Assembly: GCA_028282585.1 (NCBI GenBank) | Contig: JANQHR010000045.1 | Coordinates: forward strand, 1 to 20,787 | DNA: 20,787 nucleotides | Source: Bacteroidales bacterium | Lineage (GTDB): Bacteria; Bacteroidota; Bacteroidia; Bacteroidales; UBA12077 | Direction of reading: 5' to 3' | Part shown: piece by piece, positions 1-7,322 of the stretch | Position numbering within the stretch: the first letter of the stretch is position 1 | Layout of the letters: every line of letters starts with the position of its first letter | The notes under the pieces: generated by a model | The model's input: the letters and a program-made list of their open reading frames with translations, nothing else | Databases searched by the model: none | Told to the model about the DNA's origin: nothing | Translations under genes and position numbers: made by a program

Positions 1-2
1 AG

Positions 3-1481
3 AATGATGAAAAAAGTTTAAAACTAGCAATTGAAATTGGTTTTACTGCTAGATTTGACAAAGATGAATTAGAATTCGAAACAAAAAGATATTTTGTATT
101 AAGCGATATTGATGCATTTGAAGACGAAAATGCTATTAATATAAGAAGAAACCATTTTAAAATTATTGGATTTTTTCTGTTACCATCAAAACGAAATTGG
201 GAGCGTATAATTTCATTTGGTTCAGAATTATTTAGAAAAGTAGTTAGCTTTCAGAATGCAATACCGGCTGAAAGCATTTTTAACATACGAAATGATCTGA
301 GAAATAATAAAAATGGAATTGAAAAAGAAACTCCATTTAAAGAAATCGTTGAACGAATAAATAAGGAATTAAGTGGATTCTCTGAAAGTAAACCAAATCT
401 TAATTTTCTTCCAACTAATGCAGATATAGAAAGTACAATAAAAAGTATAACTCCATTTTTAACCGGAAATAGTGATTCTAACCTTCCTTTAAGCAGTCAT
501 GGTTCTGGTGTAATTTCTCTTCAAACATTGTTATTATTGTTAGAGTTTGGAAGATTCAGAAAAGAGAATTCCCAGAATTTTATTATTGCTGCTGAAGAAC
601 CTGAACTGCATTTACATCCTGGAATGCATCGTAGATTAGTTGGAAGAATAAGAAATCTAAGTACTCAAACTATTATCACCACACATTCTCCTGAAATAGC
701 AGCTTATTACACACCACAAGAAATAAACATTATCCATACGGATGATAATGGTAATGCAGAAGTAACATCTTTACTTAAAACGGATACACCACAACAAAAT
801 GCATTAATGAAGTTGTTTACAATTTATAGAAAAGAAACCAGTGAAGCGTTAATGCGAGCAAACGTTATTATTCCAGAAGGTATTACAGAATATCATTGGT
901 TGAATAAACTTATAAATGTCTGTATAACAACAGAAGGATGGGAAGTCCAAGATTCAATAAACTCTTTCGGTATCATACCAACTCAAGATTCAAATGTCCT
1001 TAATACATATAAAGTTTTGCAACATTTAAATGTTCATCTAATTCCTTTTGTTGACGGTGATAAAGCTGGCAATGAATATATTAAGTCGCTTAAAAGTGAT
1101 TCAAATAATTTAAAATATATTCTTCGATTACCAGATGATAAATTCATTGAGCACATAATTGCATGGATAATCTTGGCGGAAACAGATGAAGAATCTAATA
1201 ACTTAAAGAATATTTTTGAGGATAATGAGACTAACTATAAAGATATTAATTCTTTAGGTGAAATGATTAAAAGAGAATTTAAAACCTATTGGAAATTACA
1301 TGATGATGTTATCGAATATATCATGTTTAAAAATAATTGCATCTCAAAAGCTAGAATGTTTATAGAAGCACTAAATGCAATATCTCCAATAGCAACATCA
1401 GAGGATATAAATAAATATTGGATATTAAATGAAGAATCTTCTACGGCTGAAGTTAAAGTATTAAACTTATCAATATTTTGA
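3..1481 (+). CDS. OLD-family ATP-dependent endonuclease (ABC ATPase + TOPRIM), GajA-like; 5' end lies outside the window
   Basis: Frame 3 is open from the window edge (NDEKSLKLAIEIGFTARFD...) into the listed 528 ORF, so the TTG at 528 is not the true start. Motifs: ABC signature-like LSSHGSG (just before 528), Walker B/D-loop IIAAEEPELHLHP, H-loop IITTHSP, TOPRIM IIPEGITE and DGD. Walker A is not in the window. Confidence 0.88.
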   Translation, partial: NDEKSLKLAIEIGFTARFDKDELEFETKRYFVLSDIDAFEDENAINIRRNHFKIIGFFLLPSKRNWERIISFGSELFRKVVSFQNAIPAESIFNIRNDLRNNKNGIEKETPFKEIVERINKELSGFSESKPNLNFLPTNADIESTIKSITPFLTGNSDSNLPLSSHGSGVISLQTLLLLLEFGRFRKENSQNFIIAAEEPELHLHPGMHRRLVGRIRNLSTQTIITTHSPEIAAYYTPQEINIIHTDDNGNAEVTSLLKTDTPQQNALMKLFTIYRKETSEALMRANVIIPEGITEYHWLNKLINVCITTEGWEVQDSINSFGIIPTQDSNVLNTYKVLQHLNVHLIPFVDGDKAGNEYIKSLKSDSNNLKYILRLPDDKFIEHIIAWIILAETDEESNNLKNIFEDNETNYKDINSLGEMIKREFKTYWKLHDDVIEYIMFKNNCISKARMFIEALNAISPIATSEDINKYWILNEESSTAEVKVLNLSIF

Positions 1482-2845
1482 ATAATAATATATACATATA
1501 TACAGGTCAAGCAGGGACTGGTAAAACAACAAAATTAATTGAAAAGTTAACAAATTGTATTTCTGAAAGAGATTGGTTTGATCATGAATCTGTTTTAGCA
1601 ATAACTTTTATGCATGGTTCAAGAAAAAGACTTAACTCAAAACTAAAGTTTATAAAAAGTAAATTTAACTTAAATTATAAGTGTATTACAATTGATAGTT
1701 TTGCATTAGCATTGTTAAATAAATTTAGAAGCTATCTAGGAATTAGTAAGGTAATTAATGCATTGCTTAATAATAACATTCAGTATATTTATGAGCCAAA
1801 TGAATTTGATTTATTTTTTCCATTAGCCGAAATAAAAAATTATTGTTTAAGACTATTAGAAATAAGTTCGGTAAAAGAATATTTAAAAAATTCTTACCCA
1901 ATAATTATTATTGATGAATTTCAGGATTGTATAGACGAATTATTTGAAATTATTAAGAAACTATCATCCATAACTAATTTATTAATTGCAACTGACCAAT
2001 TTCAGCAACTTATTGATCCAGAAAATTTAATGGGAGATAGTTGGATAAAGGAAAATAATTTCAATGTAATTGATTTAGATAAACAAATATGGAGGACACG
2101 TAATAATCGCTTATTAATTTCTGCAAAAGCATTAAGAACTGGACAAAAGATTGATGGAGATAAAATTAGAGTATATGCCAGACCCGGATCTAAAGGCGTA
2201 GTTTCAGCAAAAATTAAAGAATATTTGTTTTATTGGCTATCCAATAACAATCGTATAGCAATAATTTATCCATCAAAATCAAATTATGTAGAAAGATCAA
2301 TTGATGAATTATCAACTAAATATAAATTCAAAAAAGGAAAATATAAGGATAAAGAAATTGGACCATATAAACATTTAATAACATCAGTATTAAAAACTTC
2401 CTTGGCAGTTATAGCAACAGGTTTGGAAGCTAAGGAATATAATATTCACGAATTAAAAAACATGTCTTTAAACGGACATTATATAGTAAAAAGAGCATCT
2501 TCGGTTGCATTACGAAGGCTAAAGTTAAGGAATCTTAGTAAAATAAATTTTGAAGATTTTAGCTCAATATTAAACCAAATTTGTCACATGTATGATAATT
2601 TTATTTTGAGTGATAAAACATCAAAAATAATATCAACGACAGTACACGGTGCAAAAAATAGAGAATTCGATTATGTAATTGTATTGTGGCCATATAAAAT
2701 TTCTGGAAGTAACTTGTATAGAAGAAAATTGCTATATAATGCAATCACAAGAGCTAAAAAAAGTGCTATAATTATTGTGCAACATAAGAATATTAAAATT
2801 GAAGAATTAAAAGACCATGAATTGTTTGGACTATTAATAAACTAA
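1478..2845 (+). CDS. UvrD/Rep-like superfamily 1 helicase, GajB-like (455 aa)
   Basis: Walker A GQAGTGKTT, motif Ia LAITF, Walker B IIIDEFQD, motif III-like ATDQFQQL, motif V TVHGAKNREFD, motif VI LLYNAITRAK. The TTG start overlaps the upstream TGA stop (TTGA, 1478-1481). Confidence 0.85.
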   Translation: MNNNIYIYTGQAGTGKTTKLIEKLTNCISERDWFDHESVLAITFMHGSRKRLNSKLKFIKSKFNLNYKCITIDSFALALLNKFRSYLGISKVINALLNNNIQYIYEPNEFDLFFPLAEIKNYCLRLLEISSVKEYLKNSYPIIIIDEFQDCIDELFEIIKKLSSITNLLIATDQFQQLIDPENLMGDSWIKENNFNVIDLDKQIWRTRNNRLLISAKALRTGQKIDGDKIRVYARPGSKGVVSAKIKEYLFYWLSNNNRIAIIYPSKSNYVERSIDELSTKYKFKKGKYKDKEIGPYKHLITSVLKTSLAVIATGLEAKEYNIHELKNMSLNGHYIVKRASSVALRRLKLRNLSKINFEDFSSILNQICHMYDNFILSDKTSKIISTTVHGAKNREFDYVIVLWPYKISGSNLYRRKLLYNAITRAKKSAIIIVQHKNIKIEELKDHELFGLLIN

Positions 2846-3044
2846 TTCTGTAAAGGATAAATAATTAACGTCTCTGAGAATTGAATATTTGAATTCAGTT
2901 TGAATAATAGCGAAATATAGAATTATTTCAGAATTGTGTACTCAATAATACACATAATTCTATTGATTGTTTTTAAGTATAAACTAATTTTAAACCGAAG
3001 ATATTTTAACTTAACTTTTTGGACAATTTAACTTATCTGCCACA

Positions 3045-3100
3045 TAACATAATTTCGTTACCGATATTGGACTAAAGCCACAATATCTGAAATTATGTTA
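3045..3100. repeat. Interrupted inverted repeat (hairpin) with XerD-arm-like outer stem
   Basis: TAACATAATTTC (3045-3056) is the exact reverse complement of GAAATTATGTTA (3089-3100). Inner stem: GATATTG (3063-3069) / CAATATC (3081-3087). Confidence 0.8.
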
Positions 3101-3138
3101 ATTATGACTTACAGCCCTAAACACAATTTTCTGAAGTA

Positions 3139-3166
3139 ATGCCCTATAATTTATATTATGTTAAAT
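3139..3166 (+). other. dif: dif-like XerC/XerD recombination site
   Basis: ATGCCCTATAA-TTTATA-TTATGTTAAAT has the 11+6+11 architecture. The XerD arm is identical to that of E. coli dif (TTATGTTAAAT), the XerC arm ends in the conserved ATAA, and the site is intergenic. Confidence 0.85.
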
Positions 3167-3181
3167 AGCATATTTTAAAAT

Positions 3182-3215
3182 ATAGGGAGATCATAAATAC
3201 ATCCCCCTATTTTTT
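3182..3215. terminator. Intrinsic terminator (probably bidirectional) after the TPR gene
   Basis: Stem ATAGGGAGAT / ATCCCCCTAT with one G:U pair on the minus-strand transcript, flanked by A/T runs, just past the TPR stop. Confidence 0.65.
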
Positions 3216-3223
3216 AACTTTTC

Positions 3224-4393
3224 TTATTGCTCTAATTGAGCGTTTATTTCATTATACTTATTCGTCATTTGTAAACGATAGTATAAAGTTTTTAAAGTTT
3301 GCATAATGCCAATTTCATCAGGTTTAAGCTCCCGTGATTTTTCGATGTATGGTAAAGCTTCTTTAAATTTATCATCGGCTATTTTCTTGGCTTTTTCATA
3401 TTCGTCATTATCGGTAATCTTATTTGCTTCATCCGTTAATTCAACACCTTCGTTAAAATATAAAACACCTAAATTGTAATATGCTTCAAAGAAAGTTTCA
3501 TCAAGTTCAATAGCTTTTAAATACTTTTGTTTTGCATTCTCTTTATCTCCAATCTTATCATATAAATGTGCTTCAGCGGAATAAAACTGTGGATTTGAAG
3601 GATCTTTTTCTCTTGCCAACGCCAGATATTTAAATGCTTCGTCGGAATTTTCAGTTTCCAATAAATAATAGTTAATAATGCTTCCGAGCAATGATTGGTT
3701 TGACGGATATTTTTCGAATCCACTCTTTAAAGTATTAATATAAGCTTCCGCATCACCTTTATCCTTATAAGTTTGAGCTAAGTATGCTATTGCATCGCCT
3801 TCTCCGTAATTATATTCAATGGCCTTATTATAATATTTAATTGCCTTATCATAGTTTTTTATTCTATTTGCTGTTAACGCAGCATTAAAAATAACTGCAG
3901 TATCTACCTCTCCTCCAAAAACTTCCATCTCGTTAATCTTTATTGCTTGTTCAAAATAAATAAAAGCATCTTCAAAGTTTTCTTTATTATAAGCTTCTAT
4001 AGCCTTATTTAACACTAAGTTAGATAACGAAAGAAACTTCATGTCCATTGCACTTTTAAATGATGCTGCCCCTTTCATATCATAGGCCTTTTTATAATTT
4101 TCGAAGGCTTTTATTGCCGGATACTCCACTAAGTTAGTAAATTCAGGATTTTCTGTCTGCGCAATCGCATCATAAACCAACCCCTTAACATAGTATGTTT
4201 TTCCCCAATCTTTCGTTTTTTCCTGAGTTACAGCAAATTTAATTGCGTTTAGTGCTGTATCTAATCTCTCACCACTTTCTGCCCACATCTGAGCTTTTGT
4301 AACATATTTCTTTTGTGCATCCACATTACCAACCATCATCAATAATGCAAAAGCCAAAGATATTGTTGTTAGAACCAACTTTTTCATTTTCAT
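3224..4393 (-). CDS. Secreted tetratricopeptide-repeat protein
   Basis: N-terminal signal peptide (MKKLVLTTISLAFALLMMVGNVDA) and multiple TPR helices (KAIKYYNKAIE, AYYNLGVLYFN). Lies directly downstream of gyrA, as is common in Bacteroidota. The start may be at 4387. Confidence 0.85.
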   Translation of the reverse strand: MKMKKLVLTTISLAFALLMMVGNVDAQKKYVTKAQMWAESGERLDTALNAIKFAVTQEKTKDWGKTYYVKGLVYDAIAQTENPEFTNLVEYPAIKAFENYKKAYDMKGAASFKSAMDMKFLSLSNLVLNKAIEAYNKENFEDAFIYFEQAIKINEMEVFGGEVDTAVIFNAALTANRIKNYDKAIKYYNKAIEYNYGEGDAIAYLAQTYKDKGDAEAYINTLKSGFEKYPSNQSLLGSIINYYLLETENSDEAFKYLALAREKDPSNPQFYSAEAHLYDKIGDKENAKQKYLKAIELDETFFEAYYNLGVLYFNEGVELTDEANKITDNDEYEKAKKIADDKFKEALPYIEKSRELKPDEIGIMQTLKTLYYRLQMTNKYNEINAQLEQ

Positions 4394-4430
4394 AATATTT
4401 TGTTATTTATGTTTGTTAATTAATTTTTTC

Positions 4431-4461
4431 CAAAAATATAATATATTTAATTCAAGTCAAA
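4431..4461 (-). promoter_or_regulatory. Bacteroidota housekeeping promoter (-33/-7) for the TPR gene
   Basis: Minus strand TTTG (4461-4458), 19-nt spacer, TATTTTTG (4438-4431); matches TTTG-N19-21-TAnnTTTG. Confidence 0.55.
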
Positions 4462-4481
4462 TTTTATACCGAAAAATACAA

Positions 4482-7016
4482 CTATTCTGCAACATTTTGA
4501 TCTTCAATACTATCTTCGGTAATCTCATGGCTTTCTCCTGCTCCACTTAAGTCTTGAATTTCAACATCTTCCTCATCATCTTTTTCAATCTGTGCCACGG
4601 CAGCAATCATATCATCATTTCTTAAATTTATTAATCTTACACCCTGAGTTGCTCTTCCCGTAACTCTCAAGTCATTTACAGCAAGCCTGATTGTAATACC
4701 GGATCGATTAATAATCATAAGGTCCATTTCGTTATTTACACCTTTAACAGCAACCAGCTTACCGGTCTTGTTGGTAATGTTCAGGGTTTTAACTCCTTTC
4801 CCACCTCTATTTGTAATTCTGTAATCATCTATATCAGAACGCTTTCCAAATCCCTTTTCCGATACCACCAAAATTTCATTATCAGATTCTTCAACCCATA
4901 CCATTCCAACAACCTCATCATCTGATTTACCTAAAGTTATACCCCTTACACCGGATCCTGTTCTTCCAATCGAACGTACATTACCTTCATTAAACCTGAT
5001 TGCTTTACCTTCGCGGGTTGCTAATATGATATCGCTTTTTCCATCGGTAAGTTTTGCTTCAAGCAATTGATCGCCTTCCTTAATCGTAATAGCATTTACA
5101 CCATTCTGACGCGGACGAGAATATGCTTCTAAAGTAGTTTTCTTGATAATACCTTTTTTGGTACACATTACAATAAAATTATTCTCTATATATTCCTTAT
5201 CATCAATACTTTGTACATTTATAAATGCTTTTACCTTGTCTTCGGCTTCAATATTAATCAAGTTCTGAATTGCTCGTCCTTTTGAGCTCCTTGTACCCTC
5301 CGGAATCTGGTACACCTTTAACCAGAAACATTTACCTCTTTCCGTAAAGAATAACATGGTATTATGCATAGAAGCAATAAACATATACTCTAGGAAGTCT
5401 TCATCTCTCGTTGTGCTTCCTTTAGAACCAACTCCACCTCTGTTTTGTGTTCTAAATTCAGTTACAGGAGTACGTTTAATATATCCCATACGCGAAATGG
5501 TAACAACCATATCTTCATCCGCATAAAAATCTTCAGGATTGAATTCACCTTCATCAGGAACTACTTCAGTTCTTCTTTCATCTCCATAACTATTTTTGAT
5601 CTCCAGTAGTTCATCTTTAATTATATTCATTCTTATGGATTCGTCTGCGAGAACACCTTTTAAATACTCAATTAATTTCATTAACTCAGCATATTCTTCC
5701 TTAATCTTTTCTCGCTCTAAACCAGTAAGTTTTTGCAATCTCATATCAAGTATTGCTTTAGCTTGAATTTCCGTAAGCTCAAACTTACTTATCAAACCCT
5801 CTTTAGCTTCTTCCGGAGTTTTTGAAGCACGAATTAACGCAATTACTTCATCCAAATGATCTAATGCAATTAATAATCCCTCAAGAATATGTGCTTTCTT
5901 TTCAGCCTGGTCTAATTCATATTGTGTTCTTCGAACAACAATTTCGTGCCTGTGACTTACAAAACTTTCAATTAATTGCTTAATATTCAGGGTTCTTGGT
6001 CTTCCTTTTACCAAGGCAATATTATTTACGCTAAAGGAAGTTTGTAGTTGAGTGTACTTAAATAACTTATTTAGAACAACATTTGCAATAGCATCTCTAC
6101 GAATATCATATACTATACGCATTCCATTTCGATCAGATTCGTCGTTGATATTGGTAATACCTTCTATCTTCTTTTCATTTACCAATTCAGCTGTTTTTCT
6201 GATCAATTCAGCTTTATTGACCTGGTAAGGTATTTCAGTTACAATAATTCGTTCCCTTCCGCTCGAATCGGTTTCAATCTCTGTTTTTGAACGAACTAAT
6301 ATCCTGCCTCTACCTGTCTCAAATGCATCTCTAATTCCCTGATAACCATATATAATACCTCCGGTTGGAAAATCGGGAGCAGTAATATGGTTCATTAGCT
6401 CTGCAATTTCAATCTCTCTGTTATCAATATATGCTATGGTTGCGTCAATTGTTTCGCTTAAATTATGCGGAGGCATATTTGTTGCCATACCAACTGCAAT
6501 ACCGGAAGCTCCATTTACTATCAAGTTTGGAATTCTTGTTGGTAAAACAGTAGGTTCCTCAAGCGAATCATCAAAATTTAGTTGAAAATCAACTGTATTT
6601 TTATCTATATCACGCAGAACTTCTTCGGATACCTTTTGTAAACGTGCCTCTGTATAACGCATTGCTGCAGGGCTATCTCCATCAACAGAACCAAAATTTC
6701 CCTGCCCATCGACCAAAGGATATCTTAAGGACCATGGTTGAGCCATTCTTACCATAGTTTCATAAACAGAGGAATCACCATGCGGATGATATTTACCTAA
6801 TACCTCTCCTACGATTCTTGCTGATTTTTTATACGATTTATTTGATGTTAATCCTAATTCGGACATTCCAAATAAAACCCTTCTGTGTACAGGTTTAAAC
6901 CCGTCTCTTACATCAGGAAGTGCCCTTGAAACAATCACCGACATTGAATAATCAATGTAGGCCGATTTCATTTCTTCTTCAATATTAATTTTTACTATAC
7001 GTTCTCCTTCAGCCAT
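4482..7016 (-). CDS. gyrA: DNA gyrase subunit A
   Basis: [25 protein letters not shown], catalytic AAMRYTE, GyrA-box QNRGGVG, C-terminal beta-pinwheel repeats and acidic tail. Confidence 0.98.
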   Translation of the reverse strand: MAEGERIVKINIEEEMKSAYIDYSMSVIVSRALPDVRDGFKPVHRRVLFGMSELGLTSNKSYKKSARIVGEVLGKYHPHGDSSVYETMVRMAQPWSLRYPLVDGQGNFGSVDGDSPAAMRYTEARLQKVSEEVLRDIDKNTVDFQLNFDDSLEEPTVLPTRIPNLIVNGASGIAVGMATNMPPHNLSETIDATIAYIDNREIEIAELMNHITAPDFPTGGIIYGYQGIRDAFETGRGRILVRSKTEIETDSSGRERIIVTEIPYQVNKAELIRKTAELVNEKKIEGITNINDESDRNGMRIVYDIRRDAIANVVLNKLFKYTQLQTSFSVNNIALVKGRPRTLNIKQLIESFVSHRHEIVVRRTQYELDQAEKKAHILEGLLIALDHLDEVIALIRASKTPEEAKEGLISKFELTEIQAKAILDMRLQKLTGLEREKIKEEYAELMKLIEYLKGVLADESIRMNIIKDELLEIKNSYGDERRTEVVPDEGEFNPEDFYADEDMVVTISRMGYIKRTPVTEFRTQNRGGVGSKGSTTRDEDFLEYMFIASMHNTMLFFTERGKCFWLKVYQIPEGTRSSKGRAIQNLINIEAEDKVKAFINVQSIDDKEYIENNFIVMCTKKGIIKKTTLEAYSRPRQNGVNAITIKEGDQLLEAKLTDGKSDIILATREGKAIRFNEGNVRSIGRTGSGVRGITLGKSDDEVVGMVWVEESDNEILVVSEKGFGKRSDIDDYRITNRGGKGVKTLNITNKTGKLVAVKGVNNEMDLMIINRSGITIRLAVNDLRVTGRATQGVRLINLRNDDMIAAVAQIEKDDEEDVEIQDLSGAGESHEITEDSIEDQNVAE

Positions 7017-7062
7017 TTATTAATAAATTAATGTTAATTTAACTCCTTTAAAAAAATTCATA

Positions 7063-7070
7063 CAAAATTA
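7063..7070 (-). promoter_or_regulatory. Putative -7 promoter element for gyrA
   Basis: Minus strand TAATTTTG (TAnnTTTG), ~46 nt upstream of the ATG. Confidence 0.5.
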
Positions 7071-7300
7071 CTAAAATAGCCTTTTTTAAACGAATTTTTT
7101 CACCTTATAATTGTGACTTTTCAACAGAAAAGTGTTCATAACATACAATATTTTATTAACAATTGTTTCAAGGCAGGTCAAAATCTCTGAACAACTTGAT
7201 TTATAATTTGTTTTTTAAATGGCACAAAAAAAATCAAATCTTTTTCTTGTTAATAATCAGAGATATGAATTATTTATTTTAATTTTAAATATGGTTATAT

Positions 7301-7308
7301 TAATTTTG
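7301..7308 (+). promoter_or_regulatory. Putative -7 promoter element for clpC
   Basis: TAATTTTG upstream of the clpC start; its position favours ATG 7344 as the true start. Confidence 0.45.
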
Positions 7309-7322
7309 TAAATTATTTAGTT

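Larger units (their letters stand above)
1..3166. mobile_element. Probable right end of an accessory/defence island bounded by a dif-like site
   Basis: Defence-type cargo that looks more AT-rich by eye than gyrA/clpC ends ~290 bp before a dif-like site, after which conserved core synteny resumes. No integrase or left boundary is visible in the window. Confidence 0.5.

Noticed and set aside
528-530. TTG start for the OLD nuclease given by the ORF track
   Set aside because: The frame is open back to position 3 and contains the ABC signature upstream of 528; the real start is outside the window.
3042-3103. Integron attC reading of the hairpin (ACATAAC...GTTAATT, 62 bp)
   Set aside because: Both core boxes deviate from RYYYAAC/GTTRRRY, the spacer next to the R box is fully paired, it lies ~200 bp from the stop codon, and no array or intI is visible. 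A Xer-related origin fits better.
6750-6790. Possible quinolone-resistance substitution in the GyrA QRDR
   Set aside because: [10 protein letters not shown] keeps Ser at the Ser83-equivalent and an acidic residue at the 87-equivalent position.
7220-7236. Sigma-54 promoter (TGGCAC) upstream of clpC
   Set aside because: No TTGC -12 element at the required spacing.
7017-7322. oriC in the gyrA/clpC intergenic region
   Set aside because: Only degenerate boxes, no dnaA or other origin-linked genes, and a dif-like site 4 kb away. Kept only as a regulatory-motif finding.
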